Assembly (NCBI GenBank): GCA_965178125.1
Contig: OZ237767.1
Location: 620,001-684,000, forward strand
Reading direction: 5' to 3'
DNA from: Bilabrum cf. latius
Lineage: Eukaryota
DNA: 64,000 nt
Numbering within the stretch: position 1 is the stretch's first letter; each line of letters begins with the position of its first letter. Made by a program: the position numbers and the translations under genes. The notes under the pieces are model-generated. The model saw nothing but the letters and a program-made list of their open reading frames with translations. It did not search any database and had not been told where the DNA came from. Shown here piece after piece: positions 11,001 to 22,500 of the stretch.

Positions 11001-14000
11001 TGGGCATGGGGCCAATCTTGCTGCCCTGGCTCTCGGAGCTCAAATCCCGCGTCCTAGACCAGGATCCTCCTCTGTGCATGGAGTGCACCCCAATGGACTC
11101 CAGCTTGCTGCGAGATCCCAGCTTGCTCCACCCTCCGCCCGTAGATGAGGCCACGGACTATTCCATGGACTGCTCTGCCACCACCGAGAGGGCTCGCACG
11201 TGGACGCGCCCCGACCTGGCACGGGCACTGGCAACGACCGGAGCACTAGGCGCAAGAAGACCTGGCTGGCCCAGCTGGCCCAGCGACGGAAGAAGGTTCT
11301 GGGATGCGGATTGAACGCCGGCCGAGCCTGCAGCTCCAGGTCCCTACGAGGCAGATTTGACGTCTTTCTCCGGCTATTGCGATGCCTTTTGGTGGCGCTT
11401 TCCCTTACGAACGCGCGGGTCCGACACGCTGCCTACGTCGCACACTCCAAGTGCTGCTGGCTGGGGCTGGCGTGTCCTACGCTACTTGGCCGACACGCTG
11501 CTTCCTGTCCTCCCACCAAATCCAGCGGTGGACTGACGACCATCCTCAGCTCGTCCACCATTAGAGGCTGATGACTCGTGCGGACCTACGTGCATGCTGC
11601 CAGCCACGGCTTCTCCAGATTCCATGGGAGCCTGCCCGCTGGCACTGTTAGCTGACTCGCCGGACACCGAAGACCGGGCCGCACGGCCGTCGGCCGCATC
11701 GTGCTGCTGCAGCGCCTTCGTGCTCAGCTGGGTGGTACTAGCCGCGTCAGATCGCAACATGGCAGCCTATATCTCACCAGAGAGATCAGTTTGCTCTGCT
11801 TGCGCCTACTGGCTTGACACGGACCCACTGTCCTTGTTTCCCACGGGCTCTGAGATCACACTCTCAGCTGCAGCAGCCAGCATCGGACCTCGCTTGCCCT
11901 TGCGGAACTGGTTGTGCATACTCAGGCTAGAAGACACGTGGCTGGCTCCGCTGCCGGAGGGCGGTCGCTTCAAATTAAGCAGAGCGTTGCTGCTGTCGCC
12001 GCCTGGAGCAGGTACCATGCCGGGAGCGTTGAACGCAGATGCGTGGGAGCTGCTGCATGCATCGCTCCCGCCCGTCGCTGGCGGTTGCACGTCCTGCAGC
12101 ACACTAGGGCGCACGATGGGTCGGTCAGAATCATCGGGCACAGAGATCACAGTGCTGCCGTCGCTCTCGGCGCGCTGGCGCCTGCCCCTGCGCGGGTCAA
12201 CGTCTGCAGCCAGCATGCCTGCGAAATAGCTCAGTACCCGCCCCAAGGCACCAGTGTCTAGGCTGGGCAGCGCGTCCTCGTCGTCGATGGCAGCACCGTT
12301 GCCCTCCGCGCACTGCGGCTGGAGAATTCGCACGGACTCGGCGTGGTGCACGGCATCGATGACTGCCATCTTGGACCGGATGATGCCCACCAGCAGGCGG
12401 TAGAGCCTCCTCATCCACCGCTCCCGCTCGAACGGGTGCTCATCGTTGATGAACTGCATCAAGCGCGTCATTGACACCTGCAGGTCCAGCCCTCGAGCAG
12501 CCAGCGCAGCGTTGGAGGCCTCTACCGCGCGACGCATGAGCGTCTCTCTGCACCTCTGGCCCCTGCGGATCAGGTCACCCAGCATGCGGCTGGCCACCGG
12601 CTGGCATACTGCAGCCACCGCGATGCTCTCCAGCGTGGGCTCCACGGCACGGATCTTCACGGACCAGTACGTCCTCGAGTAGAACGGGTCCTGTGAGCTG
12701 ACTCCAGGCCGAGTCTGCACCCCGTACTTGTCCGGCATAGGCCCAAGCATGTAGCCGTTGTGGTGTAGCTTGGGCTCGGAGGCGAAGTACCTGGTGAGCT
12801 GATGGGCCCCTCGGAATAGATGTCCACCCTGCGGCAGCTGCACCTGAATGTCCTCGCTGCTCTATTGCCTGTCCTGGCTCAGCAGCAGCATGAGGTGCTT
12901 CTGCAGCTGCGGGCGCATCTCCCTGCACATGCGGGTGATGGGACCGTCCCCGAAGCCTTCCATGGATGCACGCACACGCCGCTGGATGTCTTGCTCCTGC
13001 CTTGCACCCAGCTTCAGCGAGGTCGGCGACGGGGCGGGGAGCTGCGCTGCACCGTCCATGCCCAGAGATCTCTGCAGGTGCCGGAGCGACCGCCGCTGCA
13101 CTGGGCTGATGTCATTGTGGCTCTCGGCAGCCGGGCTGATACAGCCTGACCCTTCGTCCTCGTCGCTGTCCTCTTCCATCGCAACGGCAATGTTCAGCTG
13201 CGCACGGACCTGTTGCCTCTGCCGCTGCACGCCGCTACCTTCGTGCAGAGTCAGGGCAGGCCCGGAGCCCAGCGCAGCGCCTGCCGCTGTGACCTCTCTC
13301 GTGAGCCCACTGGCATTCAGTGGAGGCAGCTGGCCGCTTGACGACGAGGGCCTACACGCCCCAGAGCTGCACGATGCGGCACTCACCGTCTGTCCCCCAC
13401 TCGTCATGGACCCAGCCGCCAGGTGAAGCTGTCCGATGCCCAGCCGAATACCGCCGGTGATGCTGCCAGCCGTGTACTTAGACGACGCACCCCCTGGACT
13501 GGCCTTAGAGGCTGCTACGGCTTGTATCGCAGCTCGGGTGGTGCGCGCCCGCTTGCGTGAGCGCGGATCCACGGTGCCGATGCCCCTTGGCTGCCTCGGC
13601 ATGTGTGGCTGCGCTGCCGTCACCACGGTGGAAGCCCCGGTGCCCTCTGACATGTGGATGGAAGATCCCTCGTCCATCCCCTCGCCGTTCGCCTGGATCT
13701 CCTAGGAGGCCCCGTCCATCGAATAAGGGTCCTGGCTGGCTTGGCGCTGCTGCTGCTGCAGGCTGTCATTTTGCTGAAGATTGACTGGCTGCACGCCCCC
13801 CCGTGGTACCATGGTCGCAGGTGACGGCATGCCTCTAGTTTGAGCATCCGAGGAGGCCTGCCGCGAGACCAACTATTGACGCAAGCTCCTGCCCCGCTGC
13901 GCGCGGTGCAAACCTCTGCCTCTCGACGCCTCGACGGCGCAGGACGCAGACCTGGCACGAGCCATGCGGGCAGGACCAGCGCTGGATGCGTTAAGCTTAG

Positions 14001-17000
14001 CGCCCCTCCCACCCATGCGCCCTCCAGGCAGCGCGTCGGTCGTGGATCCCGTGCCGGGGAGCGTGGACTGTCGTGGCAGCGGCTGCCTGCTTCCATCCAT
14101 GCTCACGCCACGTTTCTTGGCGGTTGTGCCAACACTCCATCGCCCGGTGGCAGCTCGCCGTCCTCGTGACGAGGCCTGTCGGCTGCTGCCTCGAGATCGC
14201 GCGTGCTTGGGCCCAGGTGCGTCGCCATCGACCTTGTCTGCAGCTCCTGCGAGTCCATTTAGCAAGGCCTAAACTCCGGAGTCACCTTCCCCCAGCTCGA
14301 GTCCCATGGCCTCCTCCTCTACCTCCTCCATCTCGCGCCGACTGCGCTTGGATCCCACGCTCGTGGCCCCGGTGGAGGCAGACCGCACGGAGGACGCGCG
14401 GGGCACAGCCATCCCCAGGTCGCCTGCACTGCTGCTACTCCTCGTCCTTACCCTGCCCCTGCCCCTGCCCCTGCCCCTGCCCCTCGCCGCTGCCTCTACC
14501 GTGTCTGTGGCCTACTGCATGAACCGCTTGAGGGATGCACCCGCGAGGGCATGGAAGGCGGCTCGTGCCCCTGTCTCTGGCCTCTCGCTGGCGTTGCTGA
14601 CGAACGAGTCCTCCAGCTCGGAGGTGCTGGTGGGATCTGTGCCCCGGCTTTGCCCCCCTGCACCGCCTAGGCCCGCGGGCTGGCTCAGCGCGTCCACTAG
14701 CACGCCGCCCGCCTGGCCCCTCGCCAGACCCGAAAGGGCCCCAGCGGTGAGCGTTCTCGTGCGGCGGAGTCCTTGCAAGAGCCCAATGTTGCTGGCCTCC
14801 ATCTCGTCCGCCCTTGCTCCTTCATGTTCCTCGTAGGCCCCGTCATCGCTCTCCGAGTCCTAGCCCAGCTGCAACTAAGCCCGCGCCAGAGCCGCCCTCC
14901 CTAGGCTGCCGCCCTGGAAGATGCCGAGCCTGCGCCTGCGCTCCGCCTCCGCCTCCGCCTTGGTCGCTGAGGCGGGATGCACATTCCCGCGCCGACGCCC
15001 AGCACCACGAGCATCTCTAGCCTCCTGGCCCCCGGCACCCCCCGCAGCAGGTGACCTCGCCTCGAGCACGGGGGTGGTGGTGCCCAGCGGGAGGGCGTGC
15101 AGATCCTCCACGGCGACCCGCCGCTCCCGCTCGATTCTCTTGTCCTCCTCTTGTTCCCTGATCCGGGCCCGGCGAGCCGCCGCCTCAGAGCCTGCGCTCT
15201 CCGCCGCCCCCCTCGGCAGCTAGCTCGCGTACTTCCAGGCCCTCCCCGCGGGTCCCTCCGAGGCCCCCTTCTCCTGGAGCCCCCGCACCACCCCCGCGAT
15301 CTGCTCGTTGAGCTCATCGAACCACGGGTGCCTGGCCACCTCATCGGCTGAGGCCCGGCGGTCCGGGTCCATGTCCAGCATGCGCTGCAGCAGGTCCAGA
15401 ACCGCAGGGCTGAAGCCGAGCGTCTCCGCCTTGTGCTTCGAATCCCCCCTATCCGACCCGGCGCCTCCCCCCTCGCTGTTCCGGTCACCTGAAGGGACGG
15501 CCCACGGGTCTGGAGCCGCCGCACGGCCCTTCTTCGCTCGACCAGTGACTGCCGCCCCCTAGAATACCCCTGTGTTGGGGCTCACCCTGGCCTCGTGGCA
15601 GGTGGCCTGGTCCATGTCCAGTAGGCGCTTCTGCCTATCTCGGAAGATGGCCGCCCTCGTGTTTAGGCAGTGCCTCAGCATGCGGACGATGCCATGGGAC
15701 CAGCGGTAACCATCTTTAGAGTGATAACGGGGCGCACCGGCCCTATGCGTGCGTGCAGAGCTACCGGTAGGCTCTCCAACGCGGGAGTCGACAGACTTCA
15801 GCTGACCCTAAGTGCCACCTTCCGATCCCGCTTCGACGCCTCCCATCCACGGCCAACGCGGGGCCTCTTGCAGTAGGTGTAGTTGCTCGTCCCTGTGAAT
15901 CTGTCTCCAAAGCCCGGGGCACTCCTCCTCCGCTGGCACGCCCATGAAGCGCAGCAGGTCCCACAAAGTCTTGCAATCGGTCGCTGCGTCCTGAGTGTGC
16001 ATCGGATTCACGCCGGTCAGAGACTCCACCAGGATGATTCCAAGGGAATACACATCAGCTTTTTTCCCATCGTACTGTTTTGACCTCATGAGCACCTCGG
16101 GGGCCCGCCACCACAGGGTGACCATCCCGGTCGACATTTCGGGCAGCACCGTCACCGCGCCGCCCTCCACGCATTGCTAAGACACATACTGCCGGTTGGG
16201 CCGGAATAAAGTCGTCTCTCGGCTTGATTCATCGTACGTGCGGGACTCCTAAAGGGGATCGAATCGAGCGAGCCCGAAATCCGCAAGGAAAGTCGCCCCA
16301 TGGTACTGTCGTCCGCACAGCACGTTCTGGGGCTTCAGGTCCCGATGAGAGATCCCACAGGAGTGCAACGCTCGTATTCCCTCGATAAGTTGGCGAAGAA
16401 TTGACTGCGAGGTAGTTCCGTTCGAATCTTGACCAAATTGAAGGTCTATGCGTCTGCTCGGCGGTGCACGTGCAGCATTTGCTTCGAGGCCGCAAACTCA
16501 CTGCTGACAAAGACTCGGGCAAGCCATGGCTAAACATGTGAAGCAGATTGCTTAAATCTCTCTTTTCTTGCCGCATCACTAGGCAACCATTCGTTCCAAC
16601 AGCGAAAACCCGCGCGACGCTGATCTGGCGCTTGAAGGTTGCCAACATGCCACCTTCGTGCCGAACGTCTTGCAAGAGGTGCTGCTACCTGGCCTGCGGT
16701 TCCAAGAACTCGTGCACATGATATAACCGAATAACTTTATTGCAATGTCTCTTGGGCATCGTAGAGGTAGCTGCATTAAGGAGCTACAGGCCAGGATCAC
16801 ACCGGCTCTTGGCACAACACATGGTGCCTGAAAAGGTGCACAATATCATGATCACACGCCTCACTGTCTTCACGGCAACTTCTTGGCCTTCTCTGAAACA
16901 GCCTTGCGGGCGCCCAGAGTCATGACGTAACGTCTGGCCATCTGCAGCTCCGCCTTGCGTGTCTGCTGCAGCTGGGGCTGTTCGCTTGCTTGAGGCAGAC

Positions 17001-17225
17001 AGAGTGCCACCAAACACCTGTGCATACGCCCCATGCCCTAAATTTGCACATATCTACACGCTCCAACCCGGCGAGCCTGCGTGTAGGCAATGCTTCAGGG
17101 TGTCGTCAAGCTGTGCTCGCCTGTAAGGCTGTTTGCGCAACGCTGGCGCTTCAATACGGCAGCGACTCACCTAGGAGCGCTAACTCCCGCTACCGGGATC
17201 TATGACGTGACGTCGTGGAACTCAT
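8098..17225 (-). CDS. CMGC/CDK-like Ser/Thr protein kinase with a very long low-complexity C-terminal tail (~3000 aa)
   Basis: Kinase motifs in order: LGHGAYAQV, EVAVK, VRHEGGML (alpha-C Glu), HRDLKPQN, DFGLAR, VTLWWRAPEVL, DVYSLG, DLLQRMLDMDPDRRASADEVARHPWF. Introns at 17077-17170 and 16405-16501, possibly also 16784-16864. One frame runs from 16404 to TGA at 8098 with 31 TAGs and no TAA/TGA. Start is uncertain (17225 or further upstream). Confidence 0.85.
16405..16501 (-). other. Spliceosomal intron (97 nt, phase 0) in the kinase gene
   Basis: GTGAGT...ctcgcAG; splicing joins LPESLSA|SILRQLIEG...HRDLKPQN. Confidence 0.8.
17077..17170 (-). other. Spliceosomal intron (94 nt, phase 1) in the kinase gene
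   Basis: GTGAGT...cacgcAG; the phases match and link the upstream ATG exon to the Gly-loop exon. Confidence 0.6.
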
Positions 17226-17558
17226 GGAAGCCCTTTGATTTGACCTTGATCTGAACGCCGGCTGGATATGGTCGGATCGACGGTCGAGCATGTCGCCTTG
17301 GGGGCCGATGGACGGCTTTTGTCCGACCGGCGGTCGCAAATTCTCAGATTCCAACGCACAGAGACTTCCCGGGGTCGCATAAATTGGATTTTGAGGTTCC
17401 CCCAGACATATCTCCTTCGTCAAGAAAAGCATTGCAGCATCTTAAGTTAGTAGGATACGCGCATGATCTCCAGAAATGCCTGGGAGTGGAGCTGTCGACT
17501 TCTGGTTTGACAGCTTGCTTGGCAGCATGCATTCGGTCAGTTTAGTGACAACGCGGGC

Positions 17559-19385
17559 TCACTTCCTATCTCTTCCATCGGGATCAACAATTGTATCAAC
17601 TCGAATACTACCATCCGGCATCTCTGCACGAACCTGCACGCCACGGCTCTCACGCAAACGCGAGTGCAGCGCAGTGGTTGCACTGGCTGCCGGGAGCTCC
17701 TCTGCGGCGAAGACAGTAGCAGAAGCCGTATTATGCCTCGGCTAAATACCATTTAACTATTCCCGATCGGGTCGTGCAGCGCTTGACCCATCTCCTTCGC
17801 CGAGGTGGTCGCTTGCCTGCGTCCAGTCTTGGCCAGCGCGCTTCGCGGTAACCTCGGAACCAGACACCGTCTGGCCTTGATGACGACCTCTCGCGGCTTC
17901 TTTTCCTGTCTCAGTGTCAAATGGGACAATATCATCCTCCTATTCGTCCGGTCTTGCCCCGATGACGCCTTGTCTGCCGCCTGCAGCCAGCGGTGGTTTC
18001 ACGGAAGCACTTGCTCCGTTTTCCTACCGGTACACCTCATCCACGAGGCTTTGAGCAGACACCCTCGGACTCACCGCAAATCTCGCATACAGATCCCCAT
18101 CTTTCAAGAAGGTCGATCCACGCGCCAGGCCCGCCTCTCCCTCGGCGCTGCTGGCGGCCAGCAGCCTGGGCACTGCCTCTCCGGGTGTCGCGCCCGCCTC
18201 CAGCTCCTGCCGCAGCCTTTGCGCCGCCGGGTGCCCCGGGTCCGCGATCTCTGCCGGCCTGTAGGCTCCGAATCCCTCGATGGCGATGAGTTGCTCGTCG
18301 GCGGGCGGCTCCGGGCTGTCGTCCCTGAAGTAGGCCCAGAACAGGAGCGTCCTGAGGAACTCCACGTCGTCCGAGGACCACCCCTCCGTGGGGAACAAGA
18401 AAAAGGTGCCCACGGGGAGCACCACAAAGGAGGTAAAGCTGCTCGTGGGCTCCCCGCAGGCGAGCATCTCCCGGGGAACAGCGAAGGTCTGCGTGCCCAG
18501 CAGCGACATGTGCTCGATCTCGATCAGCTCGCGCTTGCCCCCGTGCCCCAGGGCGGGGTCCTCCTTCTCAATCACCCGGGTCATACGGGTCACCACCCGG
18601 AAGGGCCCCCTCTGCAGCTGCACCCTCCCGAACAGGGCGAGCACAGCGGCCAGGGCAGCGGGTGCCAGCGAGGCCCCCGGGAGACTAGAGGCGGCGGCCC
18701 CTCCCGCGGCACTGGCCAGCGCGTCCATCTCGGCGTACGTCTGCTCCAGCGTGTACCCCAGCTGCCTCAGCAGCAGGAACGCCGCTCCTCCCCCGCACGC
18801 GGCGGTCTTCACGGCGAGCACCCAGGTGATGGCCCGCACCAGCCGGCTCTCGTCCGAGCAGTAGATCTCCGTGCGGGTGCCCATGGCGGGTAGCGCCTCG
18901 GGGTCCACATCGCCCATGCGGCCGCGGTAGGACGCCTCCAAGTGCTCGAACGGGCGCTCTGGTCGCGGGGCTGCGCTGCCGCCGCCCCACCAGCTGCCGA
19001 GCGGGGACTGGGACTGGTACTGGCCCTCGACGCTGTCTCTTGCCTGCTGATCCTGCTCGGCGGCCGTAGCTCGCCCGGCACCTTTGAATGCCTTTCGAAT
19101 CAATTCGTGGGTTCGCAGTTTCTGGGCCTGGCGTCTCGCGTGGCGAACCTGTGCTTCCTCCACCGAATCGGCCAAGCCGCCGAGGGGGCGGGCTTTCTTC
19201 AGGTGAACGTCTGGCCCGCCCCCGCTGGAGTCTGCGACTCCCACCCCTCCAAAATGTGAGCTTTTGCCGTCCTCGAACGACTGGCAAGAGAGTGCGCTGC
19301 CATGCAAGCGTCTGCTGTGGCATAGGTCACGTCCAACGCGGGCGCAGTCAAGGGAACCTCGAATAATTCGACGCAACGCACTCAT
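17559..19385 (-). CDS. Hypothetical protein with a mitochondrial-presequence-like N-terminus and two hydrophobic segments (weakly TMEM70/186/223-like)
   Basis: ATG 19385 gives MSALRRIIRGSLDCARVG... (Arg-rich). ORF 18024-19481 extends through TAGs at 18024, 17940, 17757 and 17742 to TGA 17559. The family call is a tentative resemblance only. Confidence 0.6.
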
Positions 19386-19574
19386 TTGGTACAATAGCTT
19401 CGTGCTGGGGTCAAAATGGGCGGGGATGCGCAGGTACGAAGCTAGAATTTGGCCGAGAAGAGGCAGCTGCCGCTGTTGCACTTTGCCCTCGTCACCCCAT
19501 CCGAGAAATCCATCGTGTGAATAATGGCATCAAACACCACTTTCTGGGGCCATTTTCCTCTGCTACGAACCTAA

Positions 19575-22500
19575 ATGGCTTCCTCTGATTGGATTCTCTC
19601 CCCAGGTGGGTATGTCGTCTCGCTTGTGGTGGTGTATGCGGCCGTCCCAGCGCTATTGGGAGCGTTCGAACTGGGATTCACGGGCGGGCTGCTGTGCTAC
19701 TCTAGAGTAGATGCCAGGGAGAAAACTGCCGACTGTAGCTTTTAGCGGCGCAAGTGGAGGTCATTTGTCTTTGAGCGCACCAGCGTCGGCTTCGTGGTCG
19801 ACATCGTGCAGGCGCTCTTGTCTATCGCGAGCTGTGTCGTATTCATCATGGGATCATCCCTCCCACTGGGTGAGCCCCAGCCGCAGTGGATCACCACCAC
19901 TGAAATTATATTCAGCAGCCTGTTCTTGCTGGAGCTAGCGTTTCGGCTGGTCCTGGCGGAGGACCCAATCCGCCACTGGTTCAGCTTCCAGACGGGCGTC
20001 GACTACCTCACCGTGGCTCCCGTGATCCTCAACACGGCCATGGCGGCAAGGGGTTTTAACGTCCTCGGGGGTGGTTCAAGGAGCAGCGAGCTGCTGCAGG
20101 CCATCCGTGCCGCCCGCGTGTTCCGCGCGGTGCGCATCCTGAAGCTGGCCCGTCTGGCCCCTTCCTTCGCCCTCGAGCGGCAAGTCTTCTTCCTCGTCGT
20201 CATGGTGCTCTCGCTCGTGTTCGTCACGGCGGGGGTCTACCAGGCTCTGGAGGCACCCGAGCACGCCTCTCAGCTGAGAGAGGCCCTGGATTAGACCGCG
20301 GCTGGTGATCTTGGTTCTGGTTCTGGTTCTGGCTCTGGCCCTGGCTCTGGTTCTGGTTCTGGCAGTAGACGGATGCTCGAGACTGGAACTAGGGCTGCGA
20401 CTAGGGCCGTTGGACATGATTTTGGCCCCGCGCCGGACCTGCCCCCCACCGATGCACGCGCCCAGCAGAAGGCAAGCTTGACCTTGCCCACGACGTTGTC
20501 GATGCGAGCACTGCAAGCCATAGGCCCCAACCAGACCAGCACCGACACCGCCACCGACTCAAACACGGTGACAGACCCATACGAAGACCTGGAAGCGCAG
20601 GGGCCCGACGACCTGCCCTTCCCCTCGTTCGCCAGGTCCGTGTTCTACATGACGGCCACCGTCATCGGGCGGCCGCCTCCTCCCGTGGAGGCAGGCACAG
20701 TCACCTACCTGTTCATGGCACTCGTCATTGCGCTCTCTGCCACCGCCATCCCAGCGGTGGTGGCCCGCATCGTGCAGCTGTGGCTGGCCCGGGGCGGGCT
20801 GGACTCCTTCCAGCCAGTCCCGGGGAGTCCTCACGTGATGGTTGCAGGGGCCGTCACTGTGCCTCGGCTCAAGGGGCTGCTCCACCAGCTGCACCACCCG
20901 GCGCGACCACCCGGGCAGACCCACAGAGTGGTGGTCCTCTCCCCGGAGAAACCGTCCCCCGCCATGCAGGCCCTACTGGACTCGCACCGCTTCCAGGGCA
21001 AGGCAAAGCACATCCGGGGCAACCCCAGGGTGGCGGCTGACCTGGCGCGGGCGGGGGCGCAGGGGGCGGGATGGGTGGTGCTGCTGCACGGGGGGTAGGG
21101 GGGTGTCCGGGTGGGGGCGGGCGGGAGCACGGGGGGCGGCTCTGGCTGGGGTGGGAAGGGCGGTGACGGGGGCAGCGGGCTTGCGGGCAGCACGGGCGAC
21201 TCGGCCGTGGTTGCAACCGCGCTAGTGGCCAAGCGGGTGGCACCCCAAGCCCGGGTGTACGTGCAGGTGCAGCGGCCCCGGACCGCCCGTGACGTGAGGT
21301 CTCTGCTGCCTGGGTGGGACCCTGGCTCTGACCGTGCCATCAACACGCTGCAGCTGCACCACGAGCTGCTCAGCGCGGGGGCCCTGCTCCCCGGGGCCAG
21401 CACGCTCATCGCGAACCTGATCCACATGGGACCTCTGGCAGGCAGCGAGGCAGCGAGGGGCGGGGCGGCGGGGAGTGCGGGGGTGCGGGCGAGGCAAGGG
21501 GCACTGCTGAAGGCGGGGGCAGCCGTGAGGGAGCTGAGGGAGATCGGGGGGGCGAAGGCGGGGAGCAGCTCGGGTGCTGGTGTTGGTGCTCGTGCTGCTT
21601 CGGCGGTGGGGGCGGTGAGAGGGGGCGCGGGCTGGGACGCGGGGACCGCCTGCTGGCGAGTGCCAGGCGCGTGGTGGCGACGAGATAATTCCGGTGGTAG
21701 CGCTGGGGGGCAGCAAGCTAGTTGCAATGGCTGCGGCTGCTTTGGCAGGATCGGCTCTGGTTTCGGGGCAGGTGAAGGCAGGGCACCGGGCCGGAGCGGG
21801 GGAGGGGAGGGCTGGTACGAGGCCCGGTAGGGTCTGTTTCCCGCGGATGAATTTGCGCTGGGAGCTGAGAGCGAGACCTACCAGATGTACGCGCCCCAGG
21901 TGCTGGAAGGTGCCTCCTTCGGAGCTGCCGCTCGGCTGCTGCTGTTAGAATTCGGGGTGCTGCTAGTGGGTGGCAGGGTCAGCGCCAGAGTCATGGCCAG
22001 GGCGCACCGGGGGAGCAGCAAAGGAAACAATAGCAAGGAGCAAAAGAATCGACACGACGAGAAGCAGAGCCCTCAGGACGATGGCAGCAGCAGGAGCAGG
22101 AGCAGGAGCAGGAGGCAGCACGGCAGCGGATTCATCCATACGGAGAGACGCAGCAGTCGAGCGAAGAGGGATGAGAGGGGTGCGCACATGGAGATCGTGG
22201 GGCCTGAGGTGGCGGGGGGGCGCGTGCGACTGTTCCCTGCGAGTGCGACCATCGCATGCGGGGGCGTGCTCCTGGGCATCGCTCGATCCTGGAGAGCGGT
22301 GCATGCGGCGCAACGGGCCCTGATCGCGCTGGGGAGGGGCGGCGGGCTCGCTGCGCCGAGTGCTGCTGCTGCATCTACCGGTGGGGAAGGCCTGCCTTCG
22401 CGCGCCTTGCTCGCGTCTGTGCGCCGCATGCTCGGTGGCAGGCCCGCGGTGACGCAGCAGGCGGTAATCGAGCGAGTGTCCAGCTTCGGCAACGTGAAGC

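Noticed and set aside
16784-16864. TAG at 16784 as a sense codon
   Set aside because: It may instead be the acceptor of an in-frame 81-nt GTGAGG...TAG intron, so it is not used as evidence.
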